From the NCBI RefSeq assembly GCF_009914755.1, contig NC_060930.1: 64,000 nucleotides of DNA; one strand, written 5' to 3'. Shown piece after piece: positions 44,030 to 58,613 of the stretch. This DNA comes from the human T2T-CHM13v2.0 reference genome, Homo sapiens. Made by a program: the position numbers and the translations under genes. Within the stretch, counting starts at the first letter, position 1. Each line of letters starts with the position of its first letter. The notes under the pieces were generated by a model. That model made no database searches. It worked only from the letters and a program-made list of their open reading frames with translations, and was not told the DNA's origin.

Positions 44030-45135
44030 TTTTATACATATTTCTTTATGTATATAGGCAATATTTCTGGTAAATTCCTGGGAATGAAACTTCTCATTCC
44101 TACATTATCAGCATTTTGAACTTTAGTAGGTATTGTCAAATGATTTTACAGTAGTTGTACCATTTACACGCTCACCAGCAGTATGTGAGATGTCCTGTTG
44201 TGATCAATCTGATTGTGTGAAATGGTATCCTACTGGGTTTAAATTTGCCTTTCTGTAATTGCTAATGAGGTTGAACATCTTGTCTGTAAATTTGCTTCCA
44301 CTTTTCTATTGGGGGAAAATTTTTCTTACTGATTTGTGGATTTCTTTTTATTATTTGGCTAAGAAACCTTTATGAGTTATATATACATTGCAAGTATCCT
44401 TTCTCAGTCTGTGGCTTGTGTTTTCACTCTTTTAATGTTGTCTTTTGATGCACGGAAGTTTTAAATTTTTCTGTGGTCAAATTTATTCATCTTTTCATTT
44501 ATGGATTCTACTTTCTCCGTCTCACTTAAATCCTTCCTTATCACAAGATCATGAAGATATTTTAAAATATTTTGAATAGTTTTAAAGTTTTACCTTTCAA
44601 ACTTAGGTCTCTAGTCACCTTTAATCATACTTGATATATTTAGGGTGATTTAAGGTAAGAGCTCTGTTTTATTTTTGACCCTACACTCTGCATCTTTTAA
44701 CAGTATCCACTGTTCATGTACATGTGGATTTGTTCATGGGCTGTCCATTTTATGTTTCTTTGTGTCTTTTTAGAGCCTTACAATACCTCTCTATCTTAAC
44801 AATATAGCTTTATAATAAATTTGAATATCTGATAGGGCAAATCTCCCGAACTTGCTCTTCTTCAGTTATTTTTGGTGGGGTGGGAGCAGGGAGGAGAGGT
44901 GATATTTTTAGTCCTTTTATTTTCTTTAGGAATTTGAAGATTAATTGTTAAGTGACACACACACATACACATACACATGTACACACACACACACACAGTT
45001 CACATTTTTATGGGAATTGCATTTAATTTATAGATAATTTGAGGAATGTGACATCATGGCAATATTGATTATTCCTTTCCATGAATATTGGATTGTCTTT
45101 ATTTATTCAAGCCTTCCTGTATTCTTAATTAATCT
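44030..45135 (-). mobile_element. Ancient L1M ORF2 fragment, with (CA)n at 44955-44997
   Basis: gttgtaccatttacacgctcaccagcagtatgtgag...ggaattgcatttaatttatagataattt. Confidence 0.75.
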
Positions 45136-45956
45136 TTGCATCATGGGGAGGAGTGTGGTGCTGGCTGTTAACCAGGGTGGGGACTATTGACTAACATCTT
45201 TGCTACATCTGGGGTATAATAGTCCACTGGTACTGGGGCATCAGGCTAAATAGATGAGAACAGATAAAGTATAAAAATTGGGTAGGTTTCCAGAGACCCA
45301 AATCTGTTTGGGTTAAAGGCAAATCTGTAGTTTGAGTGTTCAGATTGCCATCAGTAGGCTGGTTTGGCAGGCAGAGAAGGTTGACATCTCTCGATCGGGC
45401 AAAGGATTCTATCTCTCAATTGGGGTTAATCGGGAAACGACTCAGGCATAGAGCATCAGGACTCTATAGTCATATCTCAGCCACAGACTAACTGGACAGT
45501 ATGGCCAGAATCTAGTCACTGAAAGACTGGACAATAGGATAAAACAAGGTACAGAGAGACAAAGTAAAAGGGAGTACCACCTGGTACTGAGACTAGAAGT
45601 ACAGGGATATCAAGAGAATGCTACTGAGCCAGCTCATTCCCAGGCAAAGGCTTATTATGTTTCATTCTTCAGCACCAGCACAAAGGCTGGAATATCAGTG
45701 GAGATAAACCCAAAGGTAGGAGAGTCCCAATCAGGGGGAAGAGGGAAGGAGTGGGGAGCCCTATGGTTCCTGACATGCTTTGCTCCCTGATGAGGTAATA
45801 GAAAGCTGAAGCAGTATATAGCTGATATAAGAAGATTCAATGTAGATAGAAAGAATATCTTAAACTAATGTCTGGATAAAACTATATTAAATTAAGTATT
45901 GTTTGACAACAGCTAAGAATTAATGAGAAAAGTCCTTAAATATCTCTCTCTCTATA

Positions 45957-46247
45957 TTTTTTGAGTGAGGGTATCACTCTGTCATCCAGACTGGAGTGCA
46001 GTGGTGTGATCTCAGTGCACTGAAGCCTTGACCTCCAGAGCTCAAGCAGTCTTCCCACCTCAGCCTCCCGAGTAACTGGGACCACAGGTGTGCACTTCTG
46101 TGCCCAGCTAATTTTTGTTTACCTTTTTGTAGGGATAGTGTCTCATGGTGTTGCCCAAACTGGTCTTGAACTCCTGAGCTCAAGTGATTTTCCTTCTTCA
46201 GCCTCCCAAAGTGCTGGGATTATAGATATGAGCCACTGTGCCTGGCC
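45957..46247 (-). mobile_element. AluJ
   Basis: J diagnostics (agccttgacctcc, gggaccacagg). Confidence 0.9.
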
Positions 46248-47354
46248 AAGTATTTACATTTAAAGAAATCTCACTTTAAAAGTGTTTCTGTGTAAGTGTA
46301 GAGCTTAGAATTGTGAAGGCTATATTTATGTTTGTCTATTTCAATAAATAATTTATCTAAAGATGAATCAACAGCTCACTTACCTTTTTATTTCAGTAAA
46401 CTGAAAATAAGAAGCCACAAGCTCTCAAAGTACCTAAGACAAAATACACTATTTCTTGAGGGCTGATCTATAATCCTGAGTCTATAAAATCATAGAAGAA
46501 GCCACTGGGTTTTTAATGTTAGGAAACTGATTGGGAAACATGTTAAGTATTGATGTGTAGGAAAGACTGAGGTGTTTGATGACAGATGAAAGTGAAGAAA
46601 GGCTGGTGAAGCAGGAGATGGAAGGGCACAGTCTGGGGACTGTGTGTGTGTGTGTGCATGTATGTGTGTACACACGTGCGCATGTAGGTGGATGTCTTAA
46701 ACCACAGCACAACCTGACTAGAAGTGTATGTTGTTGTAGAAGTAATAACTAGGCAATGAATGGTTTCAAAAACATGTTAGAAATTTAAGTTTCCTTTTGA
46801 GGTAATATTCCATAGAGATTCTAAAAGAGGTTGCTCATAAATCAAATTGTGAGGAGCTCCAACTTAATTATAAGAAAAAAATAACACAGTTAAAATTACC
46901 CTTAAAGTAATTAGCATAATTTTTTTGTTTTGTTGTTATTTAAATAAAGAACAGAACTGTTGTTGCCCTGAGGGAAAAATGGATAACAGGCAGTTTGCTC
47001 ATGTGGCTTATACTTTATGTATGTGTGCATCTATTGTAATAGTAACAGATAATGTCTTCTAATAGCTCATGGAAGAAATTAGTTTCTTTTCGAGCAAAAT
47101 GGTAGCCTTGTGGAAGCTGACAAAAGTCATATTATAATGATTTTTGGCTCAATAAAGTAATGATAGCTTGGAAAAAGTAAAGGAGTACGGCAGCAGAAGA
47201 AAGATGACTGTAACAAAACAAATTATTTGAACAAAAGATAACTGTTTCTTTAATTGGATTCTCATGGAATATTGGTTTAAAATATGCTGACCAAAGGCAG
47301 TATCTGGAAGACAGGAACTTAGGATTTCTGAATCATAGTTCTCCTAGCTTGGAT

Positions 47355-47680
47355 TGAATTCAATTCAACAAACTTTTGTTGAGCATCTACTCTGGAGCCA
47401 GGTGGCCTGAGTGTGGTTCTTGGTTCTACTATTCTACCTCTCTATCAGTTTCCTCATCTATAAAACAGAGATATAATAGTAGTCTTTATCTTCTGTGATT
47501 TTTTTTTTTAGGATAAACAGAATTTTAATGTATGTAAAGTACTTAGAACACTGTTTGCCACTTTTGCACACACAGAAAGTCAACTGAATTAGAGACCGGA
47601 AACTGAAAGGTGCTTATACTGTCTTAGTGGGAGAGACAGATAAGAAACCCAACAATTTCAGTAGTATTTTCTGATAATAC
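47355..47680. mobile_element. L2 (antisense) with nested MIR
   Basis: attcaacaaacttttgttgagcatctact; cagtttcctcatctataaaa. Confidence 0.6.
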
Positions 47681-48206
47681 CAATAACATGTTTATCAAAA
47701 GGTTGCTATGGGAACCCAGGAATTGAAGAAAAAACGACCTTAGGGGGATAGTTTTCTGGAATAAAATTCAAAAAAGGCTTTCAATAGGAAAAAAAAAATC
47801 CCCCAAAAGCTCAGGAAACAAAAAGTAGACAAAGTGAGAGGCTGGAACACATTCATTTGTAGCTTTTTGAGCTTCCTTCCTTGCTGGACCTAACACTACA
47901 TCTGGTCACCTTTTAGATACTTGGTAAAAACACGATAGAGATCATTTTAAGTTCTGATACTATTTTCATGTGTACTCTCAGTCACAGCATCTAGTTGAGA
48001 CTAATGGAATTAGAATAACCAGAATAGCAAACTACTATTCCAAAGTGTAGTGCTCTGTGCTGTTAGACAAAATATTGACTTCTGGGTTGAGTTAGAACAC
48101 CACGAAGGAGCAGCACTTTTATGTCATGGCCCTTCTTTTCTACTCTCTGTCAATTTGAATGAAGCAGAAGAGAGGCAAGTATTATCCAGTTAGAAATAAA
48201 AGAGAG

Positions 48207-48510
48207 GGCCGGGCACGGTGGTTCATGTCTGCAATCCCAGCACGTTGGGAGGCCGAGGCAGGTGGATCACTTAAGCTTAGGAATGCGAGACCAGCCTGGG
48301 CAATATGATGAAACACCATCACTACAAAAAAATACAAAAATTAGCCAAACATGGTGGTATGTGCCTGTGGTCCAGCTACTCGGGAGGCTGCTGTGGGAGG
48401 ATCACTTGAGCCTGGAAGGGGGAAGTTGCAGTAATCTGAGATGACTCCCCTGCACTCCAATGTGTGTGACAGAGTGAGACCCTATCTCACTAAATAAATA
48501 AATGGATGAA
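48207..48510 (+). mobile_element. AluJ
   Basis: Dimer with gtggtccagctact and ggaggatcacttgagcc; (TAAA)n tail. Confidence 0.9.
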
Positions 48511-50869
48511 TGAGAGAAAGACATTTTAAACCAATATGTTAAGAATCACACTTTAGGATAACCTTGATATTGTAATAATTTATGATTCTCTAACCTGTGA
48601 AAATTGTAAATTGTTAAGCAATAAAGAGAAAATACACTTGTGGATATGCAGAAATGTGAGTTTCTCAGTGCATGGGAAGCATTGAGAGAAGGAAGGTGTC
48701 CATCCAGTCTGTGGTCCCCTGGTCGTCCCTCGCCTCCCCTATGTATCTTGTCTTGCTTAGGTTTTGACCTTTGTCTTCATGTTATCCTGCATTGCTATAC
48801 AACAATTGGGGCATCTTGTGGTTGAAGTTTTAAGGTAAAATGAAACCATGGTTACTCCTTGCTGTTTCATTGGCTGGCCCTGCAGTTCTTCATGCTTACT
48901 AGCTCCCTTCCTGCCATTGCTACTACAAAAGCCCTCCAGACCTCCTTTGGTGGGAGGAGACATGAGAATGTTTTTTGATCTCACTGACATCCTACTGAAA
49001 TCAGGGAAAGACAGGGCAGTGTAAAGCTTTCAGCTCATTCTAACCTGGCAGACTTCTTCACCATTGCAGCTGTATGCTGTCTACCCAACACTGGCTTACA
49101 GAATCCAAAATGGCTCTCCCAGAGGGCTTCAGAAGCTGGGCAGAAGCTCCTAATGTTTGTGGAGACACCCCCTTAGTCTTTCTGAATGTTTTACCATCTT
49201 ACCACCCCATCTTCTGTCCAGCCCCATGCTGACACACACTTGTACACACTTGCACACACACATACACACATACATAGACAAACTCACACATTCCCCCACC
49301 CCTCTCCCCCAACATACAGACACACCTTCAAGGGCCCAGACAATGTTTAATCTCTAGTTAGACACTTTGGTCCTTATTTCATCCTAGAAGGCAATCAAAC
49401 TTATATTTCTTTTCTTTGAGCCAGGGAAACTGCTTTAATATTCTCCTTTTGCCATATCTATGAGTAACTTTCATATAAGCTCTCAATTCTACAGTTCTGC
49501 ATGGTCCAAGCAAAGTCCTTTTGGACCATCAAAACAAAACCGTTTCTCTCTCAAGCTCTTAGAGAATGTGGGTTGCAAAACAATTGCTTCTGCAAAGCTA
49601 ATTTTTAAATTGCTATTTGGAAAATTATAACTGAACAATAATGCCTTTGTCCTTGGCTGTATCTGTCTGTCTCTCAAAGCCAAAGCTTTCAGCTTTGCTG
49701 GGTAAAGCAACAAGATTAGTAAGAATAAAAATAAATCACATAATATTTCAAAAATATTATCCTGTTAAATCTTATTAGCTAGACCTGAGTTATTTCACAC
49801 AAGAAGAATACTCAATCAGCTACATCCTTAAGGTTGTCATAACAAATCAGGCTGATTTCCACACATATTTATAACCGGAATTATTAGTTTTTCAAAGATA
49901 TGTTACAGGTGAGCTAACATTAGATGTAGAAGGGAAACTTTTGATCAAAGTTTAAATTCTGATTCCTCTTGTTCACTTGGATGTCTTTACGATTCATTTA
50001 AACTTTCCAAAATCTTATTTCTAAAACAGGCATAACAATTCACTATGACAATGCAGCATATTGTCTGTACTTTTGGATGCTTTCTGGAAGGTTGTCAGCA
50101 GCCAACTAAATTCATTATTAGAGACTTACAGTGAAGGGAAATGGTTCTTGAGGTGACCCCTGTTCAGTCCAGAAATAGCAGCTCTTTATTTAGGTAATTA
50201 CCATTGTGAATTGCTGCTAATGGCCACGTTAGTGGAAGTCTATGTTGTGATGAGGACCACTTTAACATTGGGGTGGTTTTGATTCTTTCTGCTACTTAAC
50301 ATTCAGAATGATCCATAGCTGAAGCTTAGTTACTATTAAAAATCTACAGTGTTTTGCCAGTGGGAATTCCAATTATTATTGCCTGGTAATTAAAAGACCT
50401 GCTTGCCTCAGAGTTTTTGAAAGAACAAAATAATACATGTGATTGTTTCAAACTTCAACTCTATTTGAATGTTAGGTGGTTGTTATTAATTTTTACTAAC
50501 TCTCTTACTGTACTCTTTTTCTCCCTTATCTAGTTTTCCTGCTCTCTTTTCAATGCTTTGGGAAATTCATCTTCATAAAGCTTGATTTTTAATTGAAGCA
50601 AATTTTTCTCAGAGTCAGCACCACAGTGTCCAAGGTCATCTGTTGTCTTAGCATCTTTTCCACTGTTTAATCTGTGTCTTAAGGCTTCTTTGGTTCTTTT
50701 TGGATCTGTGATTGTTTCTGTTTTCTGAACATGGGATATAGTTCCAGATACACTGCTTTTTTATACTGAACTACATTCTGCGTTGCTTGGTTTTGTTTTA
50801 CTTTGCTTTTCTCTAGTATTTTTTGAGCTTAGGGTTTATTTTTATCATTTATAAATTGGTTTGAAAAAA

Positions 50870-51270
50870 GATTAATTCACTCAGTGTTCAACATTTGAAT
50901 CAAGTGACAATTATGTGCAAAATACAGTGGTATTGCTGGGATATGGTATGAGCCCAGAATGCCCAGGCTTCTGGCTTGACTACAGGATCAGTGGTGCTGT
51001 CATTCACCAGGGCTGGGACTGCTGGAGGTAGAGCTGAAGTGGAAGGGAGAGTTGGGGCAGAATGAGTGGATGATGGACAATTGCTGTTAGCTTTGCATGT
51101 GGGAAAGTTTAAGGTATCCAGTGGCTGGTGTGGTACCTTAGAGAGGCTCTCACTCCAAGTGGCAGATCTAGGTATCATTAGTATAAATACAGTAATTGAA
51201 GCCAAGGGAGTGAATGAAAGAGAATGGAGATGAATTCTCTGTTGAATGATCACCAGACTTGCCATGTTTT
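50870..51270 (-). mobile_element. L2 fragments
   Basis: gtcattcaccagggctggga...ggtatcattagtataaatacagtaattgaagccaagggagtgaatga. Confidence 0.65.
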
Positions 51271-51298
51271 TCTATAGATAGATACCCTGGTTGGAAGT

Positions 51299-51315
51299 TT
51301 GTGTGTGTGTGTGTA

Positions 51316-51348
<33 letters not shown>

Positions 51349-51358
51349 TGTGTGTGTG
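51299..51358 (+). repeat. (TG)n microsatellite
   Basis: Imperfect TG run. Confidence 0.95.
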
Positions 51359-51454
51359 CATCCCAGAATAGCCATAGTGGTGTGGAGGTGTGTATGTCTT
51401 CAGTGTATTTGGTAGGCTTCCTGGAAACTACAGTTTTAAAAATGATTGACAACC

Positions 51455-51660
51455 ATAGGCTGGAACTTCTTAACCATGTTAACATGAATTTATAGTTTGT
51501 TTATTGTGGGGCTGTTCTGTGCATTGTAGGATGTTTAGCAGCATTCCTGATTTCTACCTACTAGATGCTAATAAGTTCCTCCCACCCAATCCTCATCCCC
51601 AGTTGTGGCGACCAAAAATGTCTTTAAGCATTGCTAAATGTTCCTTGGGCTAGATAATGC
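51455..51660. mobile_element. MER20
   Basis: ggggctgttctgtgcattgtaggatgtttagcagcattcctg...accaaaaatgtct. Confidence 0.85.
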
Positions 51661-53164
51661 CACCTGAATAAGTTCTTCTCTGAATTTATTTACAGCATTT
51701 TGGGAGGAGCCACATTAACTTTTATGTTCCAGAATGCTTGAAAAACACATTCATGTCTGCAGTTATCCTGACTGATATTTAGGAAGCAGTTTACTCCTCC
51801 ATCCTGGAGGATCAATTGAGTAATTTTACCATTAAAAAAAAAATCATTTGCTGCACATAAAAGTACAGATAGCTGCTAGATGCAAATTAAATTTTGTTTT
51901 ACTTTATATGTGTATGATATATAAATGAAAAGGGGTGACCAGGACATGTTGTACTCCAAATAGTGAAATAGCCTGTAGTTATGACTCAGTCATTTCAAAG
52001 GAATTGCTGTCACTTCTTTATGTGTCAAATACATTTTAAGGCAGACCATCCCAAAGAGTACTCTTGGGGTGGAGGTAAGAGGGTGGAGTCCAAGTGCGGT
52101 GAACATGAATTTTGTAATAGTGATTTGAATGTAAAAAGTTTTAAAAGAGCTAGTGCTTAATATTTTTAAACTTCATTTATAAATTCCTTAAAGCAAAAGA
52201 ATATAAAAGTAACTTAATTACCTGCCATGGAAGCTAAATTAACTTACACCTTGAAAACCTCCTCTTAAAATAACTCAGATTTTAAAGAGTCATTTGTAAG
52301 GTAAGTTGTGGCATTGTTGTAAGCACCTGCCTGTATGTGTGTTGCTCTGAAATAATGCTATTATTTATTCTATTATAGAATGTAGATTCTGTGAGGGGAA
52401 GGGTTTTGCCCATTTTCTTCACTTTTCTTTCTCCACCTCCCACACTTCCTTCATGTTACAGTACACAGTGGTGTAGAGTGTGGGCTGGGTTGCAGCCTCA
52501 GAGAGTAGTTAGTATCCTGTTTTAGTTGGCTCTCCTTCTTCTCTGACCTCTGCCGGCCTCCCCAACAGCCACTGCCACTACCTCACAGCCAATATTCTTG
52601 ATATTCTGGTTGAGGAGATAACTGAAGCCTAGGAGTTTAGATCAGGGTGGTATCACTTCTCACAGATGAATCTTTACTTCTGGCATTTACTCCTAACTCT
52701 CAAAAAATTGTGGTATTAAATATTTTATATGACTCCTAGAATTGTGGCTGTAAAGTCCCAGCCTCTGTCTCAATCTTCTGTCAAATGAAGGAAGAAGAAA
52801 AAGATGAATTCTAGCTTTTGCAACATGTATTCAGTCCACGCTCAGAGGCCAATTCCTACCTTCCCAAACCGTGATCACAGCCCTTGATTGACAGAAATGG
52901 GAGGGAAAAGGGAGAGGGAGAGAAGAGAAGAGGTTTTTCATCTTGAAGACAGGAAGAGTCATATCTGGAGAGCTGAGGAAGGTGGGAGGCCTCCTCTGTG
53001 TACTTCTGTTGTCACTTGATTGGAATGACTAAGGACATTTTGAAACCAGAAACTGCATTTTATCACTGAATGCAGAATTGGGTTTAGGATCATCCAGGCT
53101 TATACAACATAGGGGGAAGATGGAGTGACTATCCTGTGGTAAGAATGAATCCATCTTATGAGAG

Positions 53165-53350
53165 TCCATGGTACAGTGGATATACAGCATGCTTATCTAA
53201 GCTTAATTACTGGTTCCATGTATGTACTTCGGCAAGTCACTTAACCTCTCTAGTCCTAACCCCACATCTGTGAAGTCCACTTAGGGTTATGAAGATTTAA
53301 TGTAATTATGATATAAAGTGCTTAGTAGTTATAGAAGCAATTGCTATGGT
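53165..53350 (+). mobile_element. MIR
   Basis: ggcaagtcacttaacctctct core. Confidence 0.7.
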
Positions 53351-54397
53351 TTAAATGGTGAATAAACAGATTGTTTATTGGCTCAGGAATTATGTGATAA
53401 CTATTTAAGAATTGTACTTCTGGTTGTCCCGGGAGATTAGGATTCTTGTTTGGCTTCACTACTGACTAGATAGTATTAATAGTTAAGTCATTTAACTTTG
53501 TAGACCCTGGTTTCCTTTTATTCACAACTGTTGAAGTTGAGGATCTTTCATTTGGTAAGCTTGGGAATTCTATTTTGTTTTGCTGTTTAAAAACCTAGGC
53601 CTCTTGTTGTTAACAATACCTCTATTAACTAATTTGAGTTCTGACTCATCTGCTAGATCTAAATAGCCGTGGGAATGTGAAGCTTTTCACAAATAATGCT
53701 ATGATTTTTCAGATAAGTTTTTGCTCTCCATGCAAATGGAGCAAATTACTTAATTGACATTTTACAATTAGGTATTAAAGCATCCTGTTCAAGGTTGGAG
53801 GACAGTATAAACTTATTTAAAATGTCTAGTGAGCACAGTCTGTCACAGGGATATGGGAAAAAGGCAAAATTGTATTAAGATATTATTTGTAAGCAAGTGC
53901 TCTTCATTTCCAAGCAGTCTGTCCCTGAAGGGGGTGTAAATCATGTGTCTGTTCTGTGCTTAGAATTCATCCCTTCTGCCATATGTTTATTGTATAAACC
54001 AAGAAGATCATGTATTATCAAGAGACAACTTCTACTCCCGGCCTAAACTTTCAAATATTATTCATACTCTGTTCTCATAAAAAATTATTCTTAGGGTCTG
54101 AAAGACCATCATTTTCTTTTAGGTATTTCTGTTTGTGTATGGTATTTGCAGCAACCAACATCAACAGCTGGTTTGTTCTCTCATTTTTCAAGGTAATGGT
54201 AGGGATTTAAGTTATTAAGAATCAAATCTAACACACAAAAATACTTTGAACATGAGCTGTGTACAAATTTTTTATTGAGTTATTAACCTATTGGACATTG
54301 CTGCTGCTGTGGGGACTTTATCACATACATTTAAAAACTAATATAAACAAATGGAGAATATGAGTTGACACAGAAGAAAGGCTCAATTTTATGCCAA

Positions 54398-54630
54398 AGT
54401 AATAGCTAGCACTATAGCATGCTTACTGTAGGCATTACGTTAAGAGCTTTGTGTGCATTATTTCATTTAAGCATCCCAACTTTACTACTTGGTTGGGTGT
54501 TATTACTTCATCATTTTTATAGGCGAAGAAGCTGTCTCAGACAGGTTAAGTAAGTTGCCCATGTTCACACAACTAGTGAGCAGAAGTGCTAGGGGTTGAA
54601 TCCAAGCCACCTGATTGCAAAGTCTATGCT
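54398..54630 (-). mobile_element. MIR
   Basis: ggttaagtaagttgcccatgttcacacaactagtgag. Confidence 0.8.
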
Positions 54631-56823
54631 GAAGTTGCATTTTAAAGTAACAGAAATTTCCTTCATACAACACTGGACTTATTTTTTTCTATCAAATGAT
54701 GTGGCAAATTGAGAGATTTCTGGAGAAATTCAGGCCCAAACAATGTTATCGCTCAGATCATTCAGATCATTTTCAACATTAGCATTTAATGAATAAGACT
54801 GTGTCTTGAACCAAACATATTTATAAAAGAATTAGAGGAAGGTAACTTAATTCTCCATTCACTGGTGTCTTAGTTGTAAAACCACATTTTGACAAGGTTA
54901 TTGGTCATAAGTTATTTTAATAGCTTTTCCAAACTTAATTTTCTGAAGTTAATAAAATGCTGAGAAAAACTTAGATTATGTTTAAAAGCATTGAGTGAAC
55001 TAAAACCTAAGTAAAGCTATTTACTTTGCATACATATGGCCACCATCTAAGATGGTTACTTATCCTTGAAAGGATAATGTTTAAAATAATATTTAAAATA
55101 ATCTAAACCTAATTTCTTAACATTGAAATTTTTACAAAGTATAGTTATGTATAAATCTGATACTATCTTACTACAAGAGATACTAAATGAGTAACATAAA
55201 TATTAAGCATAAAAGATTTAATTGGACTGTTACAACCTACTCTCACACAGTTTAAACAAAAGTCAGTTAAATAGGTTGTTTGTAAAGTTCTGTATAGTCT
55301 AGATTTCTTTCTTCTTCCTTCTCTTTCTTCACCCCCTCCTCCTCTCAGCATCATAATGATTATCATCATCCCCATCACCACTGTTATCATAATCATCATG
55401 GCTATCTTTTACATTGTTTTCCTCACAACATCTGCATCAGTAATTTAATTGTAAGCAACAGAAATTAAGGAGCAGTTTATTTAGAAAGATATCTTGTAGT
55501 TTTTAGTTTGAGGACAACCTGAAGAATGAGGCCTTGTAGAGCTGTGCCAAGACAGGCTGCTAGGCTTAAGATGGGGAACAGATGTCAGCAGATATTCATC
55601 ACTTAGGGCTAAGGTCAGTTGGTTGAGCTTTGGGGCAGAGAGACCAGTCTAGTCCTGTAACACCAGCGTGCCATGCAGAGGTAAATTTTTGTGTGTGCAA
55701 AGACCTACAAACATCTGGGAAGTACCTTAGAAGAGGAGGAAACAGCAGATCTAGAGAGGAAGGTTGCAGGAAGCAGTAGATGGTCTTTTCAGGTTTCACC
55801 ATTTAGGCAAATGAGTTTTTGGACCTTGTGCACACATGCTGTTTAATCATGCGTCGGGCTTTCTGGAGAGAGTTTTATTTATAATTCTTGGGCTATGTAT
55901 CCATTCCTTGGTCAAGGGAATGTGGTACTCTTTGATTGACTCTTTGATTGATAAGATAACATTTTATCTTACTAGGAAAGCATAAACTTCCAAAGGAAAA
56001 ATTACGTAAAGGAGAAGACATGGATGATAGGGAAAAAAGCAACATATCATGTCATATCACTTTACCATGCATAGAAATCATAAATAAAAATATTTTTCCT
56101 TTGATATAGTAGTCACAGGAGATCTTTTGCCCCCCAAAGTCATAGCTATATTTATAGTGTTTTTCTGAATATTATATAGTTTTTTAATGAATCTTGGTAA
56201 AAGAAGATTTTTTAACCATAACTTGTTTTTAATCCTATAGGAGAGGATAATAAGTTTTAGCTTTTATAGGCCACTAATTTTTTTCATGGCTTTTGTATTT
56301 TAAATAAGTTATTATTAAAATAGAAATTAAAAAAATCTACAGAACTTGAATTAAGTTAATTAATTAAGCAACATTTCATAATAAATTCTGTGCTGAAATA
56401 ATTATGATCATTACTTTATTACAAAATAACTATCTAGAATGTTGTATCAGTATTAGTGTTTATGTTTTATCGAGGCATGTGCAATGTGCCTCAGGTGTCA
56501 TCAAGGATGGGCATCGAATCACTGTTTCCCTTTTCATAATCAACTCCCAAAAGGTGAAAATTTCCCCTCTGGCTTCCTAGTATCCTAATATATTATTAAT
56601 TTATTTACTTTATTATTTTATTATTATTTACTTTATTTCTATTTTATCCTGATTGTATCTCTTAAGGTACATATTCTTCTTTTTTCACATGTCATAGTTT
56701 TTTAATAAGATTGTTTTTGAGAATTTAAATGTTTTCCCTCTAAATTCTATATTATGAAGTGTGATTGTAATGTGAGTGATTTTTAAAGTTGTCTGTACAC
56801 TAATTTTTAAAGATAATTCCAGC

Positions 56824-57155
56824 AGCCTGGGTGCGATGGCTCATGCCTGTAATCCTAGCACTTTGAGAGGCCGAAGCAGGAGGATTGCTTGAGCCCTGGG
56901 GTTCAAGACCAGCCCAGGCAACATAGTGAGACCCCATCTCTACAAAAATAAAAATAAAAAAATTAACCAGGTTGATGAAGTCCACCTTTGGTCCCATCTA
57001 CTCTGTAGGTTGAGGCTGGAAAATTACTTGAGCCCAGGAGTTCGAGGTTACAATGAGCTGTGTTCACACCACTGCACTCCAGGCAGACTGACAGAGTAAA
57101 ATCCTGTCTCTTAAAAAAACACAACACAATAAAACAAAACCAAAAACTACAAGAC
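56824..57155 (+). mobile_element. AluJ
   Basis: gaggattgcttgagccc and ggcaacatagtgagacccc; degenerate (CAAAA)n tail. Confidence 0.9.
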
Positions 57156-57313
57156 AAAGAAGGCTAAGGAATGCCAGAAATCCCCAGAAACTGAGAGAAT
57201 CATAGATGATTTCCCTCTCAGAGTCTCTGATAAGGAAACAACTCTGTTGACAGCTTGATTTTGGACTTTTGGCCTCCTGAACTGTGAGAGAACACATTTC
57301 TGTTATCTTCAGC
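57156..57313 (+). mobile_element. MLT1 (B/C-like) 3' fragment followed by (GACA)n
   Basis: ttgattttggacttttggcctcctgaactgtgagagaacacatttctg. Confidence 0.8.
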
Positions 57314-58613
57314 CAGATAGACAGACAGACAGACAGACAGATAAAATTATCTCTCTGTTTGTAACAAAAAGATCATTCCCCCTCAAATTCCCCAAAGTGT
57401 GTGAAACAACAGCTTCATTGTTAGAACAATGCTTTCTTTGGGTGTTTTGAAGAGGAGTGTTCATTGTTTAAAATGAGTCTGATTACATTGTCACCACATG
57501 TTATATCTGCTTTTTCTATATACTTTAGAAAATATCTTCTGGATTGTATACTCCTTGAAGACAGAGCTGAAGTCTTAGTTGTATTGGTTTTATACCTTAT
57601 TGTACTTTTGCTAACAGTGCATTGCACCTCCATAAACTGTAATATGGAAAAGAGATAAGTACCATAATTATTTATGAGGACTGTAATATACAGATTGCTG
57701 TTAATATTTTCAAAACCTATTAGATGTAGGAATGTTTCTACTGTTTTTCAAAAATGAGTCATCAATGAAAGACTTTTCATAATTCATTCCTTTGTTTCTA
57801 TTGATAGTGGCTTCTATTTTTCTCCGTTTAAGACCATTTTGATATTAAATTCTCAAATACTTCCATTTACAAAAAATAAAAGGACAAAAATTCATCAACA
57901 CCTGTGAAAAGAAGGGAAAAAAAAGAAAAAAATTCGGATCACCGCTAACAGCTGATTACTAAGGAACCTGCTCTTACCGAACAGCATGCAGTGGGAGAAA
58001 CTAATGTGGAGAAAATAATCAGTTTTCCTTGTTATAGGGATCATACAACCAGAAGGATTTTACCACTGTCTTACAACATACAGGGATGCAAGCCATGGAT
58101 TTGGGTCCATGTGTTTAGAGAACAATGGAAATTTAGTTTCCCAAATTGGAATTTCCTCTGGACTATATCTTAGCCTCCTGAGCATAAAGAATATACCTAA
58201 TATAAAATGTGTTTAATGTTTCTTATTTTGTTACTAGAGAAAATATGAAGGACATAAAGATGTCAGATGTACTATCCTAGTCACTAAAGTTCTTTTTGAA
58301 CAACTGATAAGTCAAAAAGCCAGCAGTAGAAATTTGACTACTGGTTCCTGGTGGCCTGACTGTACCATTAGCGAAGTGATTTGTGCCCTGAGGCTATTTA
58401 CCTTTGGTTATTTCCCCCCAAAGGCTGAAAGTTCTACAATATGCTTGTCTCTGAATTGAGAAACTGTTCATTTCTCTTTGGATCGTCAAAGTAGTTGCAA
58501 ATAATAAACTTAAGTCAATAAAATGCAGAGTTAGAAAGAAAATGATCCATGTTATTTAACTTCCTCTCTTAATGTCGCATTTATATGTATTGGCATGTTT
58601 CTTTGTATATACA

